Positions 11,287 to 23,489 of a stretch of 64,000 bases of DNA are shown piece after piece. How positions within the stretch are numbered: the first letter of the stretch is position 1; every line of letters starts with the position of its first letter. The notes under the pieces were generated by a model that searched no databases, was not told the DNA's origin, and saw only the letters and a list, made by a program, of their open reading frames with translations. The DNA is taken from positions 80,290,001-80,354,000 of the forward strand of contig NC_043001.1 of NCBI RefSeq assembly GCF_006345805.1. Direction: 5' to 3'. A program made the translations under genes and the position numbers. The DNA comes from Octopus sinensis. Lineage: Eukaryota.

Positions 11287-12028
11287 CTTTTCTTTATAAA
11301 TGTTCTGAAAATTATTCACAGCCTTGGATATTTTTATCTCATTCTGTAAAATTTTTATGTATGTGCGTACTAATACACGACCTACTTTGGACTCCCCATT
11401 CGTATCATTATCGAACCTGGAGCTAAACTATAGTCAGTCAATAGCACTTACTCAGCATTACCTGACATCTTTGGGTCTTCTTGACACCAATGCCTCTCAT
11501 ACTATATATATATAAACACTGACGTTATTGTATTTACTTATATCTGTTCAATAGTTCCTTTCACCAATAAGGCCTGAACAACACCTCACAAGCCCCCTTC
11601 TTCCTATTGGCATGATCCAGAGTCAAAATACACTTCGCCAATTCTAGGTCACACACTCAAGTATGTGGGTGCCTTATGATCTCAATCGAAAGCCAAATAG
11701 TTCAATGTCTTTTCCTGCATAACTGGTTCTATATCAGAATGAGCTTCTAGATACAAGCTTTAACAAAAGCTGGTTGGCACCCCAGACCTCAGCTCAGAAT
11801 TTCTTAGGGTCTGTGCTATTGAACGAAAAATCGTTCAACTTGTACTAGATTCACCCGTCATTGTGACAGCTTTTGATTTTAGTTCTGCAGTGTTTTCCTT
11901 AACCAGGCAAGCCTAGTTGGGGTGCTGGTTAGTAGCAGATGACCCGACCATGCAACAGGTTGTACTAGATTCCAAGTTACCAGTAGCACCCATACATAGC
12001 TACGTACGTGCATACATAATATATATGC

Positions 12029-12070
<42 letters not shown>

Positions 12071-12375
12071 GTAAATAATATTCATATAATCAATGGATGC
12101 CTGACTTCTGAAATATGTTGCACTGAACTCTGATTGTCCATTCCTGTTATATCATGTGTGTTTTTGTGTGTGAAGGCGCGTGACGTAGTGGTTGGGGAGA
12201 TACACTCACGATCTGGCGATCGTCAGTACGATTTCCAGACTGAGCGGCACGTTGTGTTTTTGAGCAAAACACCTCCCTTCACGTTGCTCCAGACGATAAT
12301 GGGAAAATATTGGCCTGCTCGTCCAGCCAGCGAGGTGCCGCCATTGGAAGTCTAGAACAATGCAAATTGCATTGA

Positions 12376-12444
<69 letters not shown>

Positions 12445-12460
12445 ATATATATATAATATA

Positions 12461-12509
<49 letters not shown>

Positions 12510-12539
12510 TAAATATAGTCAATACCACAGGTGTTATAT

Positions 12540-12686
12540 CAATATCATTAATTCTTCCAACTATATGTTTCAAAGCAAGCATTGAAGATTTATTCAGGGA
12601 AAAGTGAACAAATGATGTAAACAATGCAATCATCTTGTCAGGGGAAAAGAGAGAAATAAAATCACATGAATAAGCCATTTTAACCG
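12540..12686 (-). mobile_element. Short hammerhead-bearing element ('CAUAUG' family), degenerate
   Basis: Homologous to 13650-13830 and 55670-55860. Core CUGACAA…GAAACAUAU. Ends in (TA)n. Confidence 0.7.
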
Positions 12687-12879
12687 AATGTGATTACCGC
12701 GTATATGATGAAGGGGGACACTGGTAAGTAATTAAAAAAAAAACTGCTGCTAATAGATTTAACGCCAAAGGTAATTTAAATAAAGAGAAGGGGGAGAAAA
12801 AAAGAAATGAACAGAAAATTAAGAATGGGGACAATATAGTGTGATAGATGAATGTAAATAAAGTTTAAAAGCGTGGAAA

Positions 12880-13650
12880 TGGACATATATACAATATTTA
12901 CATTATTTGCATTTGACGGATATTTGTCCTCATGTTGTTTGTTGTTAACACAACGTTTCGGCTGATATACCCTCCAGCCTTCGTCAGGTGTCTTGGGGAA
13001 ATTTCGAAGTTATTGTTATGCGAAGAAATGATTTGTAAAAGGTTTTTGGTGCTTGAATTATCCTAATTCGGTGTAAATTGATAATGGAAGGGTATCTGGA
13101 ATTCTTTTGGAAAATTCTTATCTATAGCTTCACAAAACTGATAAGGGAGGTTGGATTTGATTTGCTTATCATATGGAAACCGTTTTGCTAGGATACACCC
13201 TGTTATAAGGGTAATTATCTTTAAAAGTCCTAAACTTATTTTTATTACGTATAAAGTGATACAGGGAACAGTTATCTCCCTTACGCTGCAAAATTACATT
13301 TTTCAGTTTAGTGTTATTCGAACTAAAATTTATATTGTTATTACCGTTATGGTGTGTTTTATTGTCCTGATTAATAGAGGTAGAATTAATGTCAATAGGG
13401 TTATTATAGGTAATATTTTCTTTATAGCCTGCTTTAAGTAAGGGAAAATTATAAAATTAAGCTTTATTGTTGAAGATATCCACATTAGCAGATAATCTAG
13501 AAAGTCTATGTGAAATATTTCTAACTTAGTTCCTTGTAATAGCCTTCAGATGATTACTGAAAGAGTTAATATATTTTAAATCAGTTGAGGGTTTATGGCA
13601 TGGGACATATGAATCATTATATAAATTAAGGGTAATATCCAAAAAGTCTG
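12880..13650 (-). mobile_element. Penelope-like element (Naiad-like) RT C-terminal relic
   Basis: Minus translation DFLDITLNL…KPSTDLKYINSFSNH…ISHRLSRLSAN…KAGYKENITY…PYDKQIKSNL…IDKNFPK, with stops. A hammerhead follows. The clade assignment is from recalled motifs. Confidence 0.75.
12947..12992 (-). ncRNA. Minimal type I hammerhead ribozyme, canonical core
   Basis: GACAC-CUGACGA-A-GGCUG/CAGCC-GAAA-CGUU-GUGUU. Stems I and II pair, stem III is the palindrome ACGU and the triplet is GUU. Confidence 0.85.
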
Positions 13651-13830
13651 TTAAAATGGCTTCTTGATGCGTTTTGTTTCTCTTTTTACCCTCACGAGAA
13701 GATTGTATTGTTTTACATCATCTTTATTTGCTGTGGAATAACCTCAATGCTATCCTCGAAACGTATGTTGGAAGTATAAAAGATTTGAATAACATCCGCG
13801 TTTGACTCCATTTCTTAATTTATCTCTGTT
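13650..13830 (+). mobile_element. Short hammerhead-bearing element ('CAUAUG' family), degenerate
   Basis: Starts gttaaaatggctt like the 12540-12686 copy. CUCACGA at 13691-13697, GAAA at 13758-13761. Confidence 0.7.
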
Positions 13831-13981
13831 ATACAAAAACAATTCACTTAACCCTGGAATTTCCCCCTTTATAGGTGGGCTGTAATATCCTTGACACTTA
13901 TGTGAATTTTTGCTACCTTGGTAAGTATTGTTTTCCTTGTTATCTGTACACCTTGAAAAATACACATACATTTATATATAC

Positions 13982-14032
<51 letters not shown>

Positions 14033-14254
14033 TACATACATGCATGCATACATACATACATGCATACATACGTACATATATATATACATACATACATGAA
14101 TACATACATACTTAAATCGTACATATATACATAAATACATACATGCATACATACATACATACATACATACATACATACATGCATACATACATACATACAT
14201 ACATACATACATACATACATACATACATACATACATACATACATACATACATAC

Positions 14255-14410
14255 AACGGGCTTCTTTCAGTTCCATCTACCAAATCCATTCATAGGATAT
14301 TGGTCGACCCGAGGTTTTAGTAGAAGACACTTACACAAGGTGCCAGGCAGTGGGCCTGAACTCGGAACCCTGTTGTTGGAAAGCAAGCGTCTTACCACAC
14401 AGCCACACTA
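14255..14410 (-). mobile_element. SINE family A head
   Basis: cgggcttctttcagttcc…ctaccaaatcc…gaagacactt…aaggtgcca…gcaagcgtcttaccacacagcc. Confidence 0.85.
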
Positions 14411-14429
14411 TTGCGATCACGTGTTGCAC

Positions 14430-14650
14430 ACATATGTTGCACTCACGATCGATAGAGCGTGGATCCAATACCCGGCCCGAGTGGCACGTTGTGTTCTAGA
14501 GCAAAACAGTTCATTTCACGTTGCTCCAGTCCACTCAGCTGTAAATGGCCCACGCTGCAACGGACTAGCCTTCCGGTCAAGGTGAAAGTCGGCAACTAGC
14601 CTAGCCTGCAAGGATGCAAAGCGCATTGTGACCAGCGATGGATAACAAGA
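14430..14650 (+). mobile_element. tRNA-derived SINE (family C)
   Basis: gttgtgttctagagcaaaac…ttcatttcacgttgctccagtccactcagctgtaaat, shared with 12230-12350, 30680-30960 and 62320-62490. Confidence 0.65.
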
Positions 14651-15012
14651 TTGATAGTCTAGCTGATTATGTGATACATATACACACACGCACAAACACA
14701 CAGGTATACAATACAAGGTTAAGTTCAAAGTTATACCCTCTCTTGTCTCTGTAATTTGTTAGAGCAAAAGCAGAAGTTGAGCAATTACATAGTTCTCGAG
14801 AGAGTCTTCTTGCTCTTCGGTGCAGTTCCTCTAGCAGTCCATCAGCTTGCTTATACCTTCGCAGACTAAGTATTTCAGCTGGTCGCGCAGCCATCAATGA
14901 CTACTTTCTACACTTTTTTGTTCATTGCAAATCGAATGGGTGTTTGAGCAGTTCAGAGAGATTTATAGTCAGAATGGGCAAGATGTGACCTCTAAGCAGT
15001 ATGCTCAAGGTA

Positions 15013-15114
15013 GAAGACGAAGGAGAAGGAGAAGGAGAAGGGGAGAAGGAGGAGGAGAAAGGGAAGAAGAAGAAGAAGAAGAAGAAGGAGACGAAGAATT
15101 AGTAGTAGTAGTAT

Positions 15115-15147
<33 letters not shown>

Positions 15148-15505
15148 AAGAAGAAGAAAAAGAAGAAGAAGAAGAAGAGGAGGAAGAAGAAAAAGAAGAA
15201 GAAGAAGAAGAAGAAGAAGAAGAAGAAGAAGAAGAAGAAGAAAGAGATGTACTTAATACTATTTGCCATTCTACTCATTAACCCCTATCTTTCGTCCAGA
15301 GACTCGATTAGAATTCTATTCCATTTTCCTCTTTCTTCCTTATTTCTTCTATATCTTCATCATGTTGCTGTTGTTGTTTTTCTTCTTCTTCTTCTTCTTC
15401 TTCTTCTTCTTCTTCTTCTTCTTCTTCTTCTTCTTCTTCTTCCTCCTCCTCCTTCCTTCCCCCTCCTCCTTCCTTCCCCCTCCTCCTTCCTTCCCCCTCC
15501 TCCTT
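15013..15505. repeat. Purine tract with (GAA)n/(TAG)n facing a pyrimidine tract with (TTC)n
   Basis: (GAA)n-rich 15013-15245 and (TTC)n/CCT-rich 15380-15505. Confidence 0.9.
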
Positions 15506-15857
15506 CCCTTAATTCTTTACGCCTCGCATGTTCTTTATACTAATCATTCATGCTCTTATGCTTTCATTTACTTTTATTTGCTTTCTTGTTTCCTCCCGAT
15601 ATAAACCAAAAATGCAATGTCTGAAAGGTGCACAATGTAAGAGCGTACCTTTGATGCAAATCTGATGAAGTGCCTCTCTAATATCTAAAACCACAAACAT
15701 TACCTAAATTCTCCCTTGGAATTCTTGTGTAAACTGGCTTTTCAATCAGGGTTCGTACAGAAACAATTGTAACTGATCATTAAAGCTAAAGCATTGAATT
15801 AAAGTATTTAGAAGTGTTAAAGTATTTATTTGTCTTATTATTTACTTTATATTCAAG

Positions 15858-16065
15858 GAGGTGAGATAGCCGAATCGTTAACACGCCAAGCAAAATGATA
15901 AGCGACATTTCGTCCGTCTTTACGTTCTGAGCTCAAATGCCTCCGCGGTCGACATTACATTCTAGCCATTCGGAGCCGATAAAATTATTACCCGTTGAAC
16001 ACTAGGGTCGATGTAATCGACTTAACCTCTTTACAGGCCTTGAGCAAAAATTTGAAGTCATTATA
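15858..16065 (+). mobile_element. SINE family B
   Basis: …aaatg…cgtccgtctttacgttctgag…tcaaat…ggtcgac…gggtcgatgtaatcgac…ggccttg, same family as 39764-40210 and 61030-61250. Confidence 0.75.
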
Positions 16066-16086
16066 ATATATACGTATATATATACG

Positions 16087-16190
<104 letters not shown>

Positions 16191-16379
16191 ATATATATAA
16201 ACTTGCGATTTCAAGTTTCATAGATTCTTCAAAATGAAGTGAGTATTTACGTAACCTACCGAACTGGTTGGTTGAATTATTGTCAATGGTGGAAACTGTT
16301 CACATTATTATGAACAGGTTGTTTCCTATAAATATGCAATGCAGTTCTCCAACAGATTCAAATCAAAGTAGTTTCTCCT

Positions 16380-16790
16380 GTGACAATCATGTATAGGAAA
16401 ATTAACAACGGTGAACATTTTCTAAGAAGGTGGCTTGTTTATTCTTGAGAGCTTCAATTAAATTTATGGCCTTTGATGCCAACTTTTTGACTTCTGAAAT
16501 AAGTCATATTTAGAAAAATCTGGAATTAATGATTGGAAGCAAACTCATGAATATTGGCAATCACTTGAAAATTCAGTAGATCATCTGGAATTACTTAAGA
16601 AGTTGTCTGAGACTACTGCAATTGCAGATTAATAAAGCCATTAAGGAGATGATGTAACGTAATGGCATAAGAGCGAAAGCATTGGTGTAAAGAGTCGGAA
16701 CATTTAATGAGCATCAATCTGCATTTAGCAAGAACACAATTTGGCTTTCAGAAGAACTTCAGTCGCATTATTTACACCTCACTCTAAATA
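16380..16790 (+). pseudogene. hAT (Tip100/ZMYM-like) transposase relic
   Basis: Plus frame SGINDWKQTHEYWQSLENSVDHL…QEHNLAFRRTS resembles the G.NDWK…HE.S..H and NLAFRG motifs. Multiple stops. Confidence 0.55.
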
Positions 16791-17172
16791 TGTCTTCGGT
16801 TTCTTAATTTATACCGACAAAGAACGAATTTTACTTTGGATTGTGTCCCTGTTATCTTCTAGCTACTAGTTTTAGTCATCTGACTGCGGCCATGCTGGAG
16901 CAATTCACTGAAGGGTTTGGTCGAACAAATCATACCCAGTACTTATTTATATTGGACTACTATGTTATGAGAAAGTAAACTAACCAACACCCGTTGTCAA
17001 GTGTTGTCTGGGCCAAGCACAAAGTGTTGATATATATATATGCCGTCTGCTGGCAACTTTTTCCGTCTTATGAGGGTAAGCTACCCAATCGTTCTCTGCT
17101 CTTCTCACAGCTTTACTTTGTTCGTATGTATGTATGTATGTATGTATGTATGTATGTATGTATGTATGTATA

Positions 17173-19470
17173 CAGGAATCCCTCGCATTACGGAACCAAT
17201 GAGCTCCTGAAAATCTGGCCGCAACGCGGAATTCCGCAATGGGAAAATATTTTACCTATTGATTTTTATATTATCAAGTGATATTGCATTCCTACGCATT
17301 TTTCGAAAAAAAAAATACAAGCAAAAGTAGTACACGAAAAATAACAAAACAAGTAACGCGATCGCCTTTGTACATGAAAATAACTATTCCTAAACACACG
17401 ATATAGATACTTAAAAACACAGAAACATTTCAAGAGGAATACACCAGGGAATTAATTAAAATCATATCATTGTAAGAGTGTTTTCTTACCGCAAAAGATG
17501 TTTACTACTGTGTGAGGAGTGGTGGTAGAATGAGCGTTACTAGAAGGATGAGAGACAATATTTGCTATCTTATAGTTCATTATCACGAACATAAGCTTGA
17601 TGGGTGAAGAACTTGTACAAAGTTGTTTGTCGTTTATGACGCATCACCTTTCCGTATAGCTCTGTATAGGTAATGAGGCTATTGTAAACTCCTCTAATAA
17701 TTTTATATTACGTTTATGATCATTATCAATCAAAATCTGGAGACCTTCCTTTATAAGTCCCAAACCTTTAGCAATGATTTTCCAATTTAAGAGGTGTTGT
17801 TGGAACTTCTGTTGTCTCATCTGTATTCCCAGCTTGTTCTTTTTCTCACAAAAAATCAGCTCTTCATTAGATAAATTTCCTCTCTAGGACACTAGCAACT
17901 TAATCACATTATCCTCTATGACGTTTTCAAATCTTACATCCTTTGCAAGTGTCACAATATCTTTTCGAATTTAATGTAGACTTTCTACACATATGCAGTC
18001 TGACCTCGCGTTGTTCAAAGCTGAGGTTTTCACTTCATCCTATGACTCAGCTATATTATCTACAGCATCCATTATGCTGAATTTCTTCCAGAAATTTGAC
18101 TGTAGGTTTACCCTCCCTTACAATTGCTTTCATAAATTCTTTGAAAGTTCTGATATGATATACCTTGAAGTTACCTATCACAACTTGATCCGTTGATTGG
18201 AGTAAAGAACTCGCATTTTGGGGGATGAATTCTACTCTCACATCAGAAAAGTCAACTAAGTTCGTTGGATGTCGCGATGCCTTGTCTTAAAGAAGCAATG
18301 CTTTGCCGGAAATATTATCTGGCACTGTGCCTTTCTACCACAGGTCAAAAACGCTTGTAAATCACACTTTGAATGCCAAATCAGATGTATATTAAACTTT
18401 GTGTAACCCTTGAAAAGCCTTAGATTTTCGGAGTTATACACGTGTAAGGGCTTTAAAATTTCGTAACTCCAGCGTCATTTTCTCCCAAATGAAGAGTCAG
18501 ACGATTTTTGGAAACATTAAATACTGATGTTGATGTTTCTTCTTGAAAAGTAAAAGTTCTAACAAATACGCGCTTCCTGAACGGTGTATACCTGTTCTGG
18601 TGTATAGTCCACCTTCAGCAATCATTTTCTTCATCTGCCCAGAATAATTATATGCAGTCTCTGTATCAGCGCTCGCGGTTTCACCAGTTATTTAGATCTG
18701 CAAATTCATGTGCTTCTTAGATATTTCAAATCAACCTTTACTGGCCAAAAGTGGTTTTTCATCTTCTCTTTCCTGAAAATTGTCACATAAACTTTTGGTC
18801 CTTTTTAATTTGTCATCATTGATTCTCGGCACATTACGCTGATTCTGATCCTCGATCCATATACTCAAGAGCCGTTCCATTTTAAGCATTACATTAGATA
18901 TATAGAAAAATAAAGCTCGGGAAGTTAACAGAGTAGCTTCTTGAGCACTTGGCATAATTTTCTCTCCTTTATATTGTTCCCACATTTGACGTAGCAAAAT
19001 TTAATGTTTTGTCGATATAAGTTTTACTTCCGCATCAAGTGGTTTAAAACATCAAGTTTAATATCCTGTGTAATCTCTCTACGGTTCCTTTTCAGGTCTA
19101 CTTGATAACTTCTTTTCAGAAATCTTAAGTTGAAGGCAGTTCCACAGCAGTGGCGATAAAGAAAGTTGACCCAAGATCTGATTTGTGAGAGTGGTAAATG
19201 AGATGAAAAAGGGAACTGGGGAAGAAAAAGTACTACAGAGTACGCCAAAAGAATGTATACACACTTCAGGGAATGAAAAATCTGTATAAATATTTTAATT
19301 CAGTGTTATTGCAATTTATTCAGTGTTATCACAATTTGATAAAACATGGGAAAAGGTATCTACAGTTATAGAGGTATTTATACAAGTTAAATGTTTATAC
19401 AGATTTTTTCCTTTCCTGAGGCGTGCTTATAATCTTTTGGAGGACGCGGAATATAGCTGAAGGGTCACTA
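17173..19470 (-). mobile_element. Near full-length pogo/Tigger-like DNA transposon, degenerate
   Basis: Left TIR TA-CAGGAATCCCTCGCATTACG and a decayed right TIR at ~19446-19470. Minus ORFs give a CENP-B-type HTH (MERLLSIWIEDQNQ…ASKG) and DDE pieces (YNSENLRLFKG; VEFIPQNASSLLQSTDQVVIGNFK). Length ~2.3 kb. Confidence 0.85.
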
Positions 19471-19518
19471 GATTTTATAGGCAACTCGACCCATGCACTT
19501 CTGACTTAAGACATAAAT

Positions 19519-19580
<62 letters not shown>

Positions 19581-20159
19581 GCGCGCACACTCATATACAC
19601 GGTCATGCACATGTGTTGGCATACATGCTGGCAGTTGTTGTAGCCGGTTGCATTCAAAAACTGATGGGTTGATAGTGTTGATGATGTGGGTTATAGTGGC
19701 TTAGATGTTACTGATGATACTCGGGTATTGGTGGTGGTAAGCTGGTTATATTACTTTAGCTAATGCATTGTGGATGTTTAGTCTCAAGTCAACCCTTATA
19801 GACCTTAGATCGAAGACATGTCATTCGAACTTTTCAAATACAGTAGCATACCACATTTTATGTTTTTATTTTAAATTAATTTGCTTATCTACTTCGTACT
19901 AAATAATACCGTTGTTGGTGGTGGTTGCGTTCGTGTTGATGATAGAAACACACATGCACACATTCATGCATGCATATATACATATACATTCATATAGCGG
20001 TTATGAGAGGTAATGGTGTCAGTAAGACCCGAAGGTGTAAGCTAATGCTGAGTAAGTGCTATGGATAGACCATAGTTAAGCTCCAGGTTCTGTGATTATG
20101 CGAATAAGGATATATAGTTCATATATCAGCATGTGTAAATATAAAAAAAATTTTAGCCA

Positions 20160-20290
20160 TTTTCTCACACCGTCTCCGATGAAGGGATAAAATAAATATC
20201 CTAGAAACAGCTGTAAGACCTATTTATAAATGTTCTAAAATTTTCACAGCCTAGGTTTTTTATTTAATTCTGAAAAAAAAATTATATATA
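20160..20290 (+). ncRNA. Hammerhead-bearing short element ('CAGCUG' family), core CCGAUGA (20172-20219)
   Basis: GUCU-CCGAUGA-AGGGAUA/UAUCCU-A-GAAA-CAGCUG-UA-AGAC. Element runs into (TA)n. Confidence 0.7.
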
Positions 20291-20586
20291 CATTCATATA
20301 CGTATATATATGTGTGTGCGTTTGTATGTATGTACGTATATATATATATATATATATATATATCTTTTATCTACTTTTATCTAGTTTACCACCGATTCCT
20401 TTGACCACTCCCCTAAGAATGATAGTTTTGCGCCATGCCTACCCCCAAAAAGTCCCCCACCACCACCACTTTAAACCTGCCTAAATGTATAAATGCCAAA
20501 ACAACTCTTGTCAACTAGCTTCCTGATCATTTCTTTTGAATGAAACAGTTCTAGTCCTGTAGAAGCTCCTTCTATATAATAAATAA

Positions 20587-20618
<32 letters not shown>

Positions 20619-20944
20619 TACGTACATTATGTAATTATATATACATGAGTGTATATATCCGTGCAAAACGTTGATAGTTTTTCAAATCGTTAACGATTTG
20701 ATTTTAACTAAAATGCAAGTCACCATTGAACTCATTACGCAATACAAGTTTCTGTAAGAGCGAAACTACAAGCCGTATTCCGAAATTAACGGTCATATCT
20801 TACAATTTCCGTTTGTGCGGAATCACGTTACCTGAGTTAGCTGTAACGCGCAGATGCCTATATTTACGAATGCATGAATGTATGCATGTATGTATGTATG
20901 TATGTATGTATGTATGTATGTATGTATGTATGTATGTATGTATG

Positions 20945-21115
20945 TATGTATGTATCAGCCGAAATTGCGAGGATGATCCGGTTCTTGACTGAGGATAAAA
21001 GGCTTCGAATGATCCGTCCATGTTTTTTTTATCGTCTATCTGGATGTTTTGTTGTCCCTTTTTGTATTACCTAGTTGTCCGGATGTTTTGCGTTGTTGTC
21101 CCATTTTGTATTTAT
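20945..21115 (+). mobile_element. PLE-type terminus between microsatellites
   Basis: Duplicated ggatgttttg…ttgtccc motif and (TA)n end. Homologous to 41620-41738 (minus). Confidence 0.55.
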
Positions 21116-21802
21116 ATATATATATATATTCAATCTTTTTTGCTTTCTTTCCTCACCTCCCTTATACCTTGTCTCTCTCTCTCTCTCTCTCTCTCTATCC
21201 CTCCCTCCCTCACATTATATGATCCCTCCCTCCCATTATTTGGTCCCTCTGATTTCTTTCCTCTCTCTCTTATTCCTTAGTCCCTCTGCTTTCTTCAACT
21301 CCTCCGCTTCTCTACCTTTGAGGTCAGTCGCATCTGTTCTGTTCTGTCTCGCCACCCGGTCAGTTAAGATTATTCCATTTCCTTTTCCTTGCGCTAGCTT
21401 GCTACACTGACTGATAGGCAAAAGACTATTTTGTTTTATTTTTGGTGTATAACCGAAAGGCTTTCGTCGATTGTATATGTATAATTCTATTTCTTATGTT
21501 ACGTTCGTCCGATAGTCGAAAGACCCTTTCTATTTGTTATTTCTTTGTGTTTGTATATATACATTCGTTTGCCTTGCCTAGGGGCTTAATGCCTTCAGCT
21601 TAAGCCCTTGGCTCAACTGCTTTCAAGTAGTATCGGAAAGGACTGGACGAAACTATGTTGACATTCCAGACTCCGACTGAAGAAGCAATTGGTTGCGAAT
21701 GATACGTGTCTTGTTTTGTCCTGTTTGCCGTTGTTGTGCTATCGTCCTTTTCCTGCTTGTTATGTTTTTGACGATTTCCGTTTGTGTTTTTTATCTTTGG
21801 TT

Positions 21803-21849
<47 letters not shown>

Positions 21850-21851
<2 letters not shown>

Positions 21852-22085
21852 AATATGTGACAATTACTCGGTAGCCATGATAAAACTCCGATTTTCGGAT
21901 GCCGTGGTGGAAATCCACGCCGCCATCTCTTCAGTTATCCACTTCGGCATCCGAAACTCGGAGTTTTATCATGGCTACCGAATAATTGTCACATATTACA
22001 TTTAGAGTTAAATTCCTCTATTTACATAACATCGAGGTCTCTTTCATTCTTTTGTTGTCTTACCATTTTTATCAATATATATATA
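21850..22085. mobile_element. Hammerhead-bearing terminus with near-perfect inverted duplication
   Basis: 55-bp arms 21850-21904 and 21945-21999 (2 mismatches). Minus-strand hammerhead 21879-21939: GAUAA-CUGAAGA-GAUG…CAUCC-GAAA…GAGUU-UUAUC. Confidence 0.85.
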
Positions 22086-23335
22086 TTGTGGAAGGGGCTT
22101 CCACATAGTTTCTGTCTACCAAATCCATTAGCAGCGCAAGCCAATCTTCTAAACCACACACCTACGCCTGTATTTATATCTGAGAATTTCTTTATGAACT
22201 TTTAGAAATTCTAGCTTGTGATCCTGCAATGCGACACGAAGGAAAGACACTTGAATCACTAAATTGAAATTATATTTTTCTAACGCTGATAAATGTCTGC
22301 TGATATGATGTCTTAGACAGAGATAACGCTGTCAGCAAAACTACGCCGAGCAACTCTGTGGCACTATATACTGCAATTTCATTAATAAATAATGTTGCTA
22401 ATTAATTTATTATCGTGAAAATAAATATAAAAAATACTGCTAATATCAGCAATAAGATTAGCTATAGTATTAGATGTAGAGCTAATTTTTTTAAAAGAAA
22501 AAGAATACGCCAGGGAAAACGAAGTAATTTTTATATGAGTGCTTTGTCTAGATTCTTCGTACGGATGACCCAGAAAGATATTTTAAAAATCATGCGTTTA
22601 ATGTTATACTTGACACGGCTATTAATTCTTTATCAGATAGATTTGAACAGTTAGAAAGTTTCAATAACTCATGAGAATCTTTAAAGAACATTAAAGAATT
22701 GCCAAGATAAAAATAAACTGTCATGGTTTGGAGGATAAGTTAAGGCACCGACGAGATAGTGCTATTAATGGACGCGATCTACTCTTGAATGAACTAGATG
22801 TTGTATGGAAGATATAAAGCTTCTGATAGAAGCCGTTATATACATCAACGGTAATAAGTTGCAAGACATGTCATGTTAAATCTGTGGTTTGCATTAACAA
22901 TAATGGTTACGATATTTATAATTGAAGCCACGGGAGAGAGAAGGATTGTAAACTAAATCATATAAAGCCATAATTTATGGTTTTCCATGACACAAGGCTG
23001 ATCAAACTCGTTCGCAATTTTCGTAATAGAAAATTATATTGTTCAAAAGGTAAATATAGAAAGTGTTATGAAAATATTTTTAGATCTAAAGTTGAGAAAA
23101 AATGTTTTAGTTAAAATAATGTTTTATTTTCAGCATCTGTTTATTCGTTCATATTCAATAATTTATGGGCGGAAAATTCATAACATCTACTAATTAGCAA
23201 CTCCTTTTCGAACGTCCACACATCCCACGCTCATCTTCCTTTCAATGTTTGTCTGTAACAAAAATGCGTCGAGAGAATTGCTAGAAAATTGTAAAAATGT
23301 CTCTTTTTCTTTCTCGCTCCTCCTTTCTCTTCTTT

Positions 23336-23373
<38 letters not shown>

Positions 23374-23444
23374 TCTGTATATGCATATATATACATGTTT
23401 ATGTATGTATGTATGTATGTATGTATGTATGTATGTATGTATAT

Positions 23445-23487
<43 letters not shown>

Positions 23488-23489
23488 AT

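Noticed and set aside
14764-14870. Open frame AKAEVEQLHSSRESLLALR… after an AG
   Set aside because: No recognisable homology and weak splice signals, between SINE pieces.
21453-21531. Imperfect ~15-bp inverted repeat containing GAAA motifs
   Set aside because: No CUGANGA box in a workable position on either strand, so it was not counted as a hammerhead.
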